Below are positions 10,421-20,449 of a stretch of 64,000 nt of DNA, piece by piece. Location: positions 786 to 64,785 of the forward strand of contig CAYLXH010000001.1 in assembly GCA_964387535.1 (NCBI GenBank), in the 5' to 3' direction. The notes under the pieces are model-generated. The model searched no databases, was not told where the DNA came from, and saw only the letters and a list, made by a program, of their open reading frames with translations. A program made the translations under genes and the position numbers. The stretch's first letter is position 1; every line of letters starts with the position of its first letter. The DNA is from an uncultured Butyricicoccus sp. (GTDB lineage Bacteria > Bacillota > Clostridia > Oscillospirales > Butyricicoccaceae).

Positions 10421-11390
10421 CTCCCCATCCCATACAGATCGCCGTGCGGAGCAGCAATCCCAACAGCACTGCCAGAATACTCGACGCGTACATCATCCGG
10501 TTTGCCCGCACAATGTCCTCCGGCTCAATCCGACGCTGTGCGTCGCCAATCGTCGGCTTCTCATACCGTTCTCCAAAATAATACGCCGGTCCGGCCAGCT
10601 CAATCCCCAAAGCCCCCGCACAGGCAGATTCAGTCTGCGCCGAATTCGGACTGGCATGGCAGCGCCGGTCCCTTCTCCAGATTCTCCACGCCCCTTTTGC
10701 GCTGTATCCCGTCAGCCCCGCTGCAGCGATCCACAACAGCGCCGCAAGCCGCGACGGGAGATAATTCACCGCATCATCCAAACGCGCCGCCGCACGGCCA
10801 AACCAGCGGTACGTTGTATTCTTATATCCTACCATACTGTCCATTGTATTGATAGATTTATACGTCAAAGCCAGGGGAGCTCCGCCAATCAGCATATAAA
10901 ACAGCGGGGCAATCACACCGTCCGAGGTGTTCTCGGCCACGGTTTCCACCGCAGCCCGTGTGACGCCCTCTGCGCTCAGCGCATCGGTATCCCGTCCGAC
11001 GATTCGTGCCACTGCGCGCCGCGCCTCCGGGAGATCGGCCTCCGGCCACAACTCGCGAAAAACGCGGCAGCTCTCCTGCTGCAGCCCGCGGGCCGCCAGG
11101 GCCTGCCAGCACCACAGCGTCTCCACCGCAAAAAAAGCAGCTGGATGAACCCGCCATGCCACCGCACACACCGTCCCGGTGATCAGCGCCGTTCCCAGCG
11201 GCAGCAACGCGGCCAGCAACGCTCCGCCCACAAGCTCCCCGCGTTTTGTCTTTGGCAGATGTCGGCGCAGCAGACGTTCCAGTGCAGTGATTCCCTTTCC
11301 CATCCATATCACCGGATGCGGCATCCAGCTCGGATCCGCCAGCACACAGTCCAGCAGAAAGCCGCACGCAATCGCTGCTGCAACGATCAT
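10410..11390 (-). CDS. cbiB: Adenosylcobinamide-phosphate synthase
   Basis: DPSWMPHPV, IVGRDT, ETVAENTSDG, NTMDSMVGY, SPNSAQTE; start MIVAAA at 11390. Confidence 0.95.
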   Translation of the reverse strand: MIVAAAIACGFLLDCVLADPSWMPHPVIWMGKGITALERLLRRHLPKTKRGELVGGALLAALLPLGTALITGTVCAVAWRVHPAAFFAVETLWCWQALAARGLQQESCRVFRELWPEADLPEARRAVARIVGRDTDALSAEGVTRAAVETVAENTSDGVIAPLFYMLIGGAPLALTYKSINTMDSMVGYKNTTYRWFGRAAARLDDAVNYLPSRLAALLWIAAAGLTGYSAKGAWRIWRRDRRCHASPNSAQTESACAGALGIELAGPAYYFGERYEKPTIGDAQRRIEPEDIVRANRMMYASSILAVLLGLLLRTAICMGWGGVV

Positions 11391-12001
11391 CGGACACCGC
11401 CTTTCGCATCCTTTGTGTACTGCACCGTATCCACCAATCGCATCTGCCGGGAACGCTTCCATGTGTTCGGCTCCGCCTCGAGGACATATCCTCCGGCAGT
11501 CGGTCCGCACCAGGCAAAATACGGCCGCTGCGGCAGCGCAAAGCGCTCCATCACGCACATCTGTGTGCCGCCGTGTGCGACGATCACCAGGCGGCTCTGT
11601 CCGCACTGCATTGCCTCATCCATCAGCCGGACAAATGCCGCACATGTCCGGTCAGAAAACTCCTTGCGGCACTCGCCTCCGGGACATCGGCTCTCGCAAT
11701 TGCTGTCTACCCACGCGCGGTAGTCCGCGTCCTGCTCCATTTCGATGTGATTTCGTCCCTCAAACACGCCAAAATCCATCTCGGTCAGCGCGGGAACCAC
11801 AATCTGCCGGGCCATCGGAAAGATACGCTGCGCCGTACGCCGTGCGCGGAAGAGTGGGGATACGTAGACGGTTTCCGGCGAGAACTCCGCCTCGCACAGT
11901 TCGGCTTCCCCTCTCGGGGACAGCGGAATGTCCGCCGTTCCCTGGTACCGCTTGTCCTCATTATACGCCGTCATTCCATGACGCAACAGATAAACTTTCA
12001 T
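11387..12001 (-). CDS. cobC: Histidine phosphatase, probable alpha-ribazole phosphatase
   Basis: LRHG, SPLFRARRTA, EMDFGVFEG, VAHGG; position in cob operon. Confidence 0.8.
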   Translation of the reverse strand: MKVYLLRHGMTAYNEDKRYQGTADIPLSPRGEAELCEAEFSPETVYVSPLFRARRTAQRIFPMARQIVVPALTEMDFGVFEGRNHIEMEQDADYRAWVDSNCESRCPGGECRKEFSDRTCAAFVRLMDEAMQCGQSRLVIVAHGGTQMCVMERFALPQRPYFAWCGPTAGGYVLEAEPNTWKRSRQMRLVDTVQYTKDAKGGVR

Positions 12002-12333
12002 TCCTGTTCTCCTTTGAGCACGAGCGGAAGCCCGCAAAATACGCGCACCACTTGCTGCGCCCGCTGCGCCAGCAGACACGCGAGCCGGCCGGCCGCCTCG
12101 CGCTCCGCCCGTTCCTTCGGATCGATCGGAACCACGCCGCCGCCGATCTCCGTGGCAATCACAACATCATATTCCGTCAGCTCATCACACAATGTGTCCA
12201 AATTCTCTGCCCGGGCCGCCTGTTTCTGCACATCCCAAACCGCATGCAGGGCCAGCTGCTCATCGTTCCATCCAAATCGCTGCTTTACATAGTCTTTTTT
12301 TCCGCTGTACAGCGGTCCCGTGACAAAGATCAT
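11998..12333 (-). CDS. Short CobU-like protein (111 aa)
   Basis: VTGPLYSGK P-loop, EIGGGVVP, RE..GR, VVRVFCGLP. Confidence 0.8.
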   Translation of the reverse strand: MIFVTGPLYSGKKDYVKQRFGWNDEQLALHAVWDVQKQAARAENLDTLCDELTEYDVVIATEIGGGVVPIDPKERAEREAAGRLACLLAQRAQQVVRVFCGLPLVLKGEQE

Positions 12334-13106
12334 CCCATTCCCTCCAGTATCTGACCGGCAACCACTGCCGCCAACATCCAAAGTTCCGCCTTTTGTAAAA
12401 ACCATCCGGCCAAATCACCGGTAATTCCTCCAAAACTCTTGACGGCAACCGAATGATACCGCCACAGTACGAGCAACGCCGCAATCACCATTCCGACTCC
12501 CGTCCACCGGGCCGCCGCAATCAGCGCCACAGCCGCAACAAAGGCACCGGCTCCCAGCACCAGGCGCACTCGTCTCCGATCGGAAGCGCTGGCGAAGGTG
12601 TGCGCCAATCCGGTATCCTTCGCCATCGGAAAACATGACACAGCAAAGCCCGACAGCAGGCGCGAGAACACAAAGCTCAGCGACAGCGCCAGCATCGCAG
12701 AACGCGTCGGCGTCAGCTCCACACACAGCGCCAGCATCGCCATCAGATACACTGCCAGACGAATCACCGCAAACGCACCGCAATGCGGGTCGCTCAGAAT
12801 ATTCAGCTTTTTCTCCCGGCTGCCATAACTGGCCAGCGCATCACATGTGTCCGCATAGCCATCCAGGTGAATTCCTCCTGTGACAACAATCGGAATCAGG
12901 CACAGTCCGGTGCCGCGCGCAAAGGAAGACAATCCCAGCCCCCCTGCTGCCAGCGTCCACAGCACACACGCCGCTGCAATGACCACTCCGACCAACGGAA
13001 ATGCACACAGCATATACCGCATATTATTTTGATTCCATACGGGCTGCGGAACCGGTACCGCGGAAAACATCGCAATAGCCACCGCAACAGTCTCAACTAC
13101 AATCAT
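12330..13106 (-). CDS. cobS: Adenosylcobinamide-GDP ribazoletransferase
   Basis: TGGIHLDGYADTCDA, DPHCGAF, FGGITGDLAG. Confidence 0.95.
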   Translation of the reverse strand: MIVVETVAVAIAMFSAVPVPQPVWNQNNMRYMLCAFPLVGVVIAAACVLWTLAAGGLGLSSFARGTGLCLIPIVVTGGIHLDGYADTCDALASYGSREKKLNILSDPHCGAFAVIRLAVYLMAMLALCVELTPTRSAMLALSLSFVFSRLLSGFAVSCFPMAKDTGLAHTFASASDRRRVRLVLGAGAFVAAVALIAAARWTGVGMVIAALLVLWRYHSVAVKSFGGITGDLAGWFLQKAELWMLAAVVAGQILEGMG

Positions 13107-13627
13107 ACTGGCTCTCCCTTATAATAATACGGCACGCCGCACACCACTTCGGTCACCGTATCCGCCCGTGCCGCCAGCATCCGGTTGACCGCCGCCAACC
13201 TGCGCAGATACCGGTCCGTGTCGCCTGCATAGCAGTCTCCGCCGCAGAACACCTCGTTGGACACCACAATCAGCCGCTCGCACTGTGTTTCCAACGCGTC
13301 AATCCCCGTCTCGACCGCCTCAAGCACCGCCTCTCCGGCGCCATTCGGCGCATACAGCTCGTTGGCCACGAGATTGCTCATGCACTCCAGCAGGAGTACT
13401 CCTCGCTCGGGCAGCACCACCGAACCAAGCGTTGTATAGCACTCGACGGTCTCAAAGCACTTTTCCGCCCGCATGCGCCGGTGCTTTTCAATCCGGGCCA
13501 CCGATTCTGCATCGAATGGCTGCATCGTCGCAATGTAGTACCGCGGCCTGTCTCCCGTGCGCTGCACCAGCATCTCCGCAAACTCACTTTTTCCGGAGGC
13601 CGCGCCCCCGATCACCAGATCAAGCAT
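13103..13627 (-). CDS. cobU: Adenosylcobinamide kinase/guanylyltransferase
   Basis: GGAASGKSEFAE, YIAT, RIEKHRRMR, VVSNEV. Confidence 0.92.
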   Translation of the reverse strand: MLDLVIGGAASGKSEFAEMLVQRTGDRPRYYIATMQPFDAESVARIEKHRRMRAEKCFETVECYTTLGSVVLPERGVLLLECMSNLVANELYAPNGAGEAVLEAVETGIDALETQCERLIVVSNEVFCGGDCYAGDTDRYLRRLAAVNRMLAARADTVTEVVCGVPYYYKGEPV

Positions 13628-14694
13628 CAGAATCCTCCGAGCGGCTGGTAGGCCTCAATGCCGCCTTCGTCAAACGTATAGCACTCGGCATACACCGCCC
13701 GTGCCATATCCAGCAGCGGGATCGCTGCCACCGCACCGGTTCCCTCGCCCAGACGCATGCCGGCGGTAATCAACGGCTTTCGGTGCAGCGCCTCCAGCAG
13801 CGTCATCCCCGCCGGTTCCGCCGAGACATGGCTGGCAAACACGGCGCATTCTGCCGCCGGACACAGCCGGACGGCACACAGCGCACCCACCGCACTGATC
13901 AGACCATCCATCAAAATTGGGATACGGTACATCGCACCGCCTAAAAACGCACCGCACAGCGCGGCGATGTCAAAGCCGCCCACCTTCGCCAACACATCAA
14001 TCGGATCGTCGGGATTGGGCCGGTTTACGGAAATCGCCCGTTCGATTGCGGCGATTTTGCGCCGCAAGCCCTCATCCGTCAGTCCGGAGCCGCGTCCCGT
14101 CATGTCAGCGGGTGCGCGCTGCAGCAGCACACTGGCCACCGCACTGGACGTCGTGGTATTTCCAATCCCCATCTCTCCGGTCGCAATCAGATGAACGCCC
14201 TGCTCGGCCTGCTCTCGCACGGTCTCTATCCCAACACAGATCGCCCGTTCCGCCTGCTCCCGTGTCATCGCCGGCCCCACAGAAATGTCTCCTGTGCCGT
14301 TTCCCACACGGCGTGGGAGCACGCCGTCACACGGCTCAAAGTCCAATATGCCGACATCCACCGGCACTACCTCGCAGTCCACGACCGCCGCCATGCGGCA
14401 CACGGAGGTGCGGCGCTGCGCGAGATTTCGTGCCACGATTCCCGTCACACTGCTGTCAACCTGCGCCACATTCTGCGCCACCACTCCGTTGTCGGCACAG
14501 AACACCAGCACACTGCGCCCCGACAGAGTAATCGTGCTGCTTCCGGTCAGCGCGGCAATGTCCTCCAACGCTGTTTCCAGCAGACCCAAGCTGCCCAGCG
14601 GCTTGCTGCACTGTGTCCAGCGCTGATGGGCCTGCCGGCGCGCCTCTTCGTGTGCCGGGACAATCTCCCGTATGTATTCCGACAATGCGTTCAT
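13627..14694 (-). CDS. cobT: Nicotinate-nucleotide-dimethylbenzimidazole phosphoribosyltransferase
   Basis: KPLGSLGLLE, ADNGV, GEMGIGNTT, MRLGEGTGA; real start MNALSEY at 14694. Confidence 0.95.
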   Translation of the reverse strand: MNALSEYIREIVPAHEEARRQAHQRWTQCSKPLGSLGLLETALEDIAALTGSSTITLSGRSVLVFCADNGVVAQNVAQVDSSVTGIVARNLAQRRTSVCRMAAVVDCEVVPVDVGILDFEPCDGVLPRRVGNGTGDISVGPAMTREQAERAICVGIETVREQAEQGVHLIATGEMGIGNTTTSSAVASVLLQRAPADMTGRGSGLTDEGLRRKIAAIERAISVNRPNPDDPIDVLAKVGGFDIAALCGAFLGGAMYRIPILMDGLISAVGALCAVRLCPAAECAVFASHVSAEPAGMTLLEALHRKPLITAGMRLGEGTGAVAAIPLLDMARAVYAECYTFDEGGIEAYQPLGGF

Positions 14695-16043
14695 CGTAAT
14701 TCCTTTCTTCGTCTTGCCGCATCCACAAAGCGCTGTGTCAGCTGCGGGTGTCCGGCAAAATACAGATGCGGAAATCCGGCATATAGATTTGGCCCCGTGA
14801 TGCCACAGCGCCAGCTGCGTCCGCTCACGGGCTTGACCGCCTGCAGATCGCTTCCATTTTCCGTGCTGTCCCAATAGTGGAATTCGTGCGCCGGAATACA
14901 CTCCCCCGCACGAAACAGCAGGCTGTCTTGCTGTGCAGTCAGCTCCACATAACCAAATCGTACCAGGCGGCTCCGGTGCACGGCATCTCCTCCCAGCACT
15001 CCCGCCATCGGATATACCGTTCCCGCATCGTCTTCCACACTCTGTCCCAGATACAGAAATCCGCCGCACTCCGCCACCGTCGGCAGTCCGCTCCGGATTG
15101 CCTCCCGGATGCTCCTCCGCATGGATACATTCTCTGACAGCGCCTGTGCATGCAGCTCCGGATATCCACCCGGCAGATACAGGGCGTGTATGTTCTCCGG
15201 CAGCGCTATATCTGTCAGCGGGCTGAATGTGACCAATTCCGCCCCCCGCGCACGAAACGCCTCCAGCGTCTCCGCATAAGCAAAGCAAAACGCCGCATCG
15301 CTTGCGACGGCAATGCGCACTTGCGCGGAACCATGCTGTGCATATACCGTATGCGGTACACGGTCCGTCGTGCATAGGGTATACAGCCGCGCCATATCCA
15401 CGGTTTGCTCCATGCAGTCTGCAACCGCATCCATCCGCTCCTTCCAATCCACAATTTCCGCTGTGGTGTACAGGCCCAAATGGCGGCTTGGCACCTGGGC
15501 TTGCTCCAGATGCGGCAGATACCCCAACGCAGCCACTCCAGCCTCGCGCTCAATCACCGGTGCAAGGCTGTGAAACAGCGTCGGCGTGCAGTCATTCAGG
15601 ATGACTCCCACAATCCGGCTGGGCTGGCGGAATTCCTTCAGTCCGCGAACCTGCGCCGCCAGCGTCAGACTCGCCCCCTTGGGGCGAAGCACCAGAACAA
15701 CCGGCAGCTCCAGGGTATCCGCCACATGCCATGCACTCGCCTGCGTCGTGGTGCCGCCCACACCGTCATACAGTCCCATCACGCCTTCACATACCGCCGC
15801 CCCATGTCCCTGTATTTTTTCACGATAGCACCGCCGCACATACGGCTCATCCGACAGAAATAAATCCAGATTCCAGCTGTCCAGGCCGAGCACGGAGCGG
15901 TGAAACATCGGATCAATGTAATCCGGTCCGCACTTGAACGCACAAGGACGTTTCCCCTTGCGCCGCAGCAGAGTTAGCAGCGCACAGGTGACGGCCGTCT
16001 TTCCGCTCCCCGACGCTGGGGCCGCAATCAGACACTCAAACAT
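14691..16043 (-). CDS. cbiA: Cobyrinate a,c-diamide synthase
   Basis: SGSGKT, FKCGPDYIDP, EGVMGLYDG, SRHLGL, GGYPEL, AECGG, HEFHY. Confidence 0.96.
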   Translation of the reverse strand: MFECLIAAPASGSGKTAVTCALLTLLRRKGKRPCAFKCGPDYIDPMFHRSVLGLDSWNLDLFLSDEPYVRRCYREKIQGHGAAVCEGVMGLYDGVGGTTTQASAWHVADTLELPVVLVLRPKGASLTLAAQVRGLKEFRQPSRIVGVILNDCTPTLFHSLAPVIEREAGVAALGYLPHLEQAQVPSRHLGLYTTAEIVDWKERMDAVADCMEQTVDMARLYTLCTTDRVPHTVYAQHGSAQVRIAVASDAAFCFAYAETLEAFRARGAELVTFSPLTDIALPENIHALYLPGGYPELHAQALSENVSMRRSIREAIRSGLPTVAECGGFLYLGQSVEDDAGTVYPMAGVLGGDAVHRSRLVRFGYVELTAQQDSLLFRAGECIPAHEFHYWDSTENGSDLQAVKPVSGRSWRCGITGPNLYAGFPHLYFAGHPQLTQRFVDAARRRKELR

Positions 16044-17238
16044 AGGTGCCACCCGTAATCAGGAACACCGGATTGTTGGCCGTCATCAGATGCAGCGATC
16101 CCGCCGGTTTGCTGCGGCTGACCGCAATTTGTGTCACCACAGCCTCCAGCCCGCGTGCGGTCAGCGCAGACACTGCCGCGCTCAGCGTCTCCACCGCAAT
16201 CGCAGAGATACAGATGCGTGCATGCGGATTCTTCTTCAGGATACAGTCCAGAATCCCGTCCATCTCTCCCTTGGTCCCACCGACGAACACCGCGTCGGGT
16301 GCCGGAAGATCCGCCAGCGCCTCTGGCGCTTTTCCCTCCACTGCCGTCAGATTCCACGCGCCGAAGGCTTCCCGGTTGGTGCGGATGAGTGCGCAGCCCT
16401 CCGGGCTGCACTCCACCGCGTACACCCGTCCGCGCCGTGCCGCCAATGCCAGCTCCACCGAAACGCTTCCGGTTCCCGCCCCGACATCCCACAGCACGTC
16501 CGTCGGACGAACCGCCAGCTTACCCAGTGCCGCAGCGCGGATCTCCTGCTTGCTCATCGGAACCTTTCCGCGGACGAACCGTTCATCCGCCATGCCGGGA
16601 CACACGCGTTCGGTTGGCGGAGCGCTCTCTGTCAGCAACACGGAGAGCGGCGCAAAGCGGCATGCCGCAAACTCCTCTGCCTTTCCGCACCGGATCTGCT
16701 CATCCTCGTACGAGAGATTCTCTCCCACGGTCACAGACAGCGCACCCAATCCGGCATCCGTCAGCTGCCTGCACAACTCGGTCGGCGTCAATCCACCGCC
16801 CGTCAAAAACAGCACCGGCTTTCCGTCCATCACTTCGCTCACCGCGTCACAGTCCACCCCGTGCGCAGAAACCAGCTTCCACTCATGCCACGGCCGCCCC
16901 AGACGCGCCGACAACAGCTGCACACTGGAGATTCCGGGAAGCACATGCACCGGAATGTCCTCCTGTCGAAGCAGGTCCAGCAATCCGCGCGCTCCGGAAT
17001 AAAATCCGGTGTCCCCGCTGTACACCACACAGCAGTCGCTTTCCCGGTTTTGCTGAAGCAGCGCGAGAATGTCTTGATAGCGCACGGCCGGAATGCATCG
17101 TGCCATGCACTCCTCCGGCAGCGACTGCAGCAGTCGCTGCGCTCCGATGACAACCTGTGCATCGCGCAGACTCTCCTGTGCCTCCGCCGTCAGTGTTCCG
17201 GCTCCTCCGCCTCCCAGTCCAATCAGCGTGACCTTCAT
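16036..17238 (-). CDS. cbiET: Fused cobalt-precorrin-7 C5-methyltransferase / cobalt-precorrin-6B C15-methyltransferase
   Basis: SGDTGFYS, PGISS, VSAHG, then PMSKQEIRA, WDVGAGTGSVSVE. Confidence 0.93.
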   Translation of the reverse strand: MKVTLIGLGGGGAGTLTAEAQESLRDAQVVIGAQRLLQSLPEECMARCIPAVRYQDILALLQQNRESDCCVVYSGDTGFYSGARGLLDLLRQEDIPVHVLPGISSVQLLSARLGRPWHEWKLVSAHGVDCDAVSEVMDGKPVLFLTGGGLTPTELCRQLTDAGLGALSVTVGENLSYEDEQIRCGKAEEFAACRFAPLSVLLTESAPPTERVCPGMADERFVRGKVPMSKQEIRAAALGKLAVRPTDVLWDVGAGTGSVSVELALAARRGRVYAVECSPEGCALIRTNREAFGAWNLTAVEGKAPEALADLPAPDAVFVGGTKGEMDGILDCILKKNPHARICISAIAVETLSAAVSALTARGLEAVVTQIAVSRSKPAGSLHLMTANNPVFLITGGTYV

Positions 17239-17972
17239 CGCATTCGCTCCTCACATTCTCGTACTATCGTTTCCAACTCCGCTCCGCTCTCCTCCGGCCG
17301 CTGAATCACCACTAAAGTAACGCCGGCGCGTTCTGCCGCCCGTACCTTTTCCGGGAACCCTCCGGCAGCGCCGCCGTCCTTCGTGACCATCCATCGGATG
17401 TCATATTGATGCAGCACGGCAAGGTTCATCTCTTCGGAAAACGGTCCCTGCATCGCAATGATATTGCGGTGCGGGATGTTCGCCTGCGCACAGCGGTCCA
17501 GACTGCTCTGCACCGGAAGCACGCGCGGATACAGCCGCTCTCCGCCAAGGCGCGCAAACGCCGTCAGCTCCTTTGCCCCGGTCGTCAACAGGACGTTTCC
17601 CTCCCGCAACGAAAGCCAGTCTGCCGCCTGCTCCGCGCTGGCCACAAACACACCGTCGTGTTCCTGTGTACTGCGCGGTCGAAGCAGCCTCCGATACGCA
17701 ATGCCCTCCCGCGCACAGGCTTCGCGCACATTCTGCGTGACCAATACCGCATAGGGATGCGTGGCATCGACGCACAGCGCAGCCCCGCGCAGCACATCCT
17801 GCATCTCTTTCACCGTCTTTCGTCCGCAGGACACCGTGATGCCGTCCTGCTCTCCCTGCTCTTCCCTTCCGTACTCGGTCGCCACACAAACCGTCACAGA
17901 AATGCCGCTGCGCGCCAGACGGTGAGACAGCACGCGTCCTTCGGTCGTGCCGCTGAAAATGACAATCCTCAT
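17235..17972 (-). CDS. cbiJ: Cobalt-precorrin-6A reductase
   Basis: SGTTEGR, VDATHPYA, AMQGPFS, VTKDGG. Confidence 0.94.
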   Translation of the reverse strand: MRIVIFSGTTEGRVLSHRLARSGISVTVCVATEYGREEQGEQDGITVSCGRKTVKEMQDVLRGAALCVDATHPYAVLVTQNVREACAREGIAYRRLLRPRSTQEHDGVFVASAEQAADWLSLREGNVLLTTGAKELTAFARLGGERLYPRVLPVQSSLDRCAQANIPHRNIIAMQGPFSEEMNLAVLHQYDIRWMVTKDGGAAGGFPEKVRAAERAGVTLVVIQRPEESGAELETIVRECEERMR

Positions 17973-18700
17973 CGCGGCCGATACCCTCGCGGGGTCACCA
18001 TACGCCCGACGCTGATTTTCGTCGAACGCGAGCCAATGAATACCGTGGTAAACATGTCCAGCGACTCCTCCGGCAGCTCACCCAGTGTCAAAAGTCTGCT
18101 CTCCTGTCCCTCACGGCCGATGTTCCGAACCCAGCCGCACACTGTGTCCGGTGACTTTGACTCCATCAAAATCGCACACGCCCGTTTGAGCGTGTCAGTG
18201 CGTTTTTTCGAGCACGGATTGTACAGACAGACCGCAAAATCTCCCTGCGCAGCACAGCGCAGCCGTGTCGCAATCTGCTCCCACGGGGTCAGCAAATCCG
18301 ACAGGGAAATCACACAGAAATCATGTCCCAACGGAGCGCCCAAAACCGCGCCGCCCGACAGCGCCGCCGTCACGCCGGCGACGACCTCCACCTCAACCTC
18401 CGGGAAGTCATCCGCCAGCTCCAGCACCAGTCCGGCCATCCCATACACACCGGCATCACCGCTGCACACCAGCGCGACCGTGCGTCCTTCGCTTGCCGTC
18501 TCCAGTGCCCACAGGCAGCGGGCGCGCTCCTGCCGCATCGGTGTGCTGAACGTCTCTTTATCCGGAAACATCGGTTTGACCAGGTCAATATACACCGTGT
18601 AGCCGCACAGCACCTCCGCCCGATGCATCGCAGCGTGCGCCTGTCCGGTCACAAAGTCTTTCCCTCCCGGGCCGATACCCACCACATACACTTTATTCAT
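17969..18700 (-). CDS. cbiH: Cobalt-precorrin-3B C17-methyltransferase
   Basis: VVGIGPG, CSGDAGVYGMAG, GAPLGHDF, SLSDLLTPW, TPRGY; start MNKVY at 18700. Confidence 0.95.
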   Translation of the reverse strand: MNKVYVVGIGPGGKDFVTGQAHAAMHRAEVLCGYTVYIDLVKPMFPDKETFSTPMRQERARCLWALETASEGRTVALVCSGDAGVYGMAGLVLELADDFPEVEVEVVAGVTAALSGGAVLGAPLGHDFCVISLSDLLTPWEQIATRLRCAAQGDFAVCLYNPCSKKRTDTLKRACAILMESKSPDTVCGWVRNIGREGQESRLLTLGELPEESLDMFTTVFIGSRSTKISVGRMVTPRGYRPR

Positions 18701-19691
18701 CCTGCCATCTCCAATCCGGGCAATATGGTTTGCATGCCAGCGCCATCGTGACTCCATGGCCCGCATGCTTTGGTTCCAGAATCGTTCCGCCGGAGCAGCA
18801 CACCGCACTGCGTTCACAAACGTTATCCACTCCGGTCACGCTGTGCACAAACGGCGATGCGGTAAACACGCCGGGAACCTCCGCCAGCTCCTGAGCCGAC
18901 CAGGTCACAAACGGCCATCCATGTGCCTGGCAAAACGCAACCAACCCCGGCTCCTCTTTCTTTCGGTCGATGCTGGAAACCGCGCACACCGCCCGCTCGC
19001 TCAATCCGGTCTGTCGCTTCAGCGCAGCAAATTGCCGCTCCAACACTTCGTTCGGCGTGTCCTTCCGACAGCCGATGCCCAGCACGACCGTGCAGGGAAT
19101 GATACGCAGCGCGTCTCCCTCAGATTCCCGCCAGTCCAGCCGAACATCACACCGCTCGGGGTCGCGCGTGAGCACCAATCCTTCCGGCGGAGTTCCGGCA
19201 ATCGGCCAAAACGAATACACGGAAATCTGCTCACCGCGCAAAAGCCCTGCGGAAATCCGCTTGATCTGTTCCGGATTTCCAATCGTCCCCTCCTGCCGTT
19301 TGGACCACTCGTCCACCGCGAACCGTCCGTGACAGTCGGTTGCGGTGGTGATGACCGGCACCGCGCCGCAATGCGCCGCAATGCGCCGCGCCAGCGCATT
19401 CGCTCCGCCCAGATGCCCGGACAAAAGCGAAACCGCAAACCGTCCGCACTCATCCACAACGACCACCGCCGGGTCTTTGGTCTTGTCCGCCACGTACGGT
19501 GCAATCGCGCGCACCGCAATGCCCGCCGCACCGACAAACACCAGTCCGTCCGCGCGCTGCATCGCCTGCCGCGTCCACTCGTCCAGAGACAGGGGACGTC
19601 GGCAGCGGCTGACCGTCCCACCCAGCGCATCCGCCAACCGGTGTGCCAGCGCCTCACCGGTATCCGTAAACGAAAAATATTCCAGCGTCAT
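18693..19691 (-). CDS. cbiG: Cobalt-precorrin-5A hydrolase
   Basis: GIAVRAIAP, KTKDPAV, LSGHLGGAN, ITTATD, LGIGCRK, VCERSA. Confidence 0.95.
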   Translation of the reverse strand: MTLEYFSFTDTGEALAHRLADALGGTVSRCRRPLSLDEWTRQAMQRADGLVFVGAAGIAVRAIAPYVADKTKDPAVVVVDECGRFAVSLLSGHLGGANALARRIAAHCGAVPVITTATDCHGRFAVDEWSKRQEGTIGNPEQIKRISAGLLRGEQISVYSFWPIAGTPPEGLVLTRDPERCDVRLDWRESEGDALRIIPCTVVLGIGCRKDTPNEVLERQFAALKRQTGLSERAVCAVSSIDRKKEEPGLVAFCQAHGWPFVTWSAQELAEVPGVFTASPFVHSVTGVDNVCERSAVCCSGGTILEPKHAGHGVTMALACKPYCPDWRWQDE

Positions 19692-20446
19692 GGCGTCTCC
19701 GCTTCCCGAAATCCGGTCTTGAACGAGGGATCGTACAGCTTGCTCCGCTCATAGGACTCTCCCAGAAAATCCCCCACCAGAATCAGCGCGGTCTTGGAAA
19801 TTCCTTCGCGTCGGGCACTTTCCGCCAGCGTCCCCACCGTACAGCGCACAATTTTCTCCTCCGGCCACGTCGCCTTATACACAATCGCTGCCGGCGTTTC
19901 CTCAGTATATTCTCCCTGCATCAGCTGCTCCTGTACGTCATCCAGCAGTCCAGCAGACAGAAACAGCACCATTGTCGCACCGTGTTTGGCAAAGCTTGCA
20001 ACGCTTTCGCGCTCCGGAACCGGCGTTCGTCCCGCCATACGCGTAATCACTACGCTCTGGCTGACATTCGGCAGCGTGTATTCCGCGCACAGTGCCGCCG
20101 CAGCGCCGCAGAAGCTGGAAACCCCCGGGGTATCATCGTAAGCGATTCCCGCCTCGTCCAGCCTGTCCATCTGCTCCCGGATCGCTCCGTACAGACTCAT
20201 ATCCCCGGTGTGCAGACGGACGGTTGTCTTTCCGCCGCGCTCCGCTCGTTCCATGGCCGCCAACACCTGCTCGAGCGTCATTTCCGCACTGTTATAGATC
20301 TCACAGTCCGGTTTCGCCAACTGCAGCAGCTCCGGATTGACCAGGCTTCCCGCATAGATAATCACATCCGCTTCACCCAGCAGCCGTGCCCCCCGCACCG
20401 TGATCAAATCCGCTGCGCCGGGACCTGCTCCCACAAAATGTACCAT
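19688..20446 (-). CDS. cbiF: Cobalt-precorrin-4 C11-methyltransferase
   Basis: VHFVGAGPGAADLITVRG, YAGSLV, RLHTGD, YKATWPEE, SKLYDP. Confidence 0.96.
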   Translation of the reverse strand: MVHFVGAGPGAADLITVRGARLLGEADVIIYAGSLVNPELLQLAKPDCEIYNSAEMTLEQVLAAMERAERGGKTTVRLHTGDMSLYGAIREQMDRLDEAGIAYDDTPGVSSFCGAAAALCAEYTLPNVSQSVVITRMAGRTPVPERESVASFAKHGATMVLFLSAGLLDDVQEQLMQGEYTEETPAAIVYKATWPEEKIVRCTVGTLAESARREGISKTALILVGDFLGESYERSKLYDPSFKTGFREAETP

Positions 20447-20449
20447 CCG

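Noticed and set aside
13627-15447. Apparent 606-aa CobT fusion; likewise extended starts for cobA, cbiB, cbiH, cbiM and the first TetR
   Set aside because: The extensions overlap upstream genes or the riboswitch; RBS-supported internal starts give normal lengths
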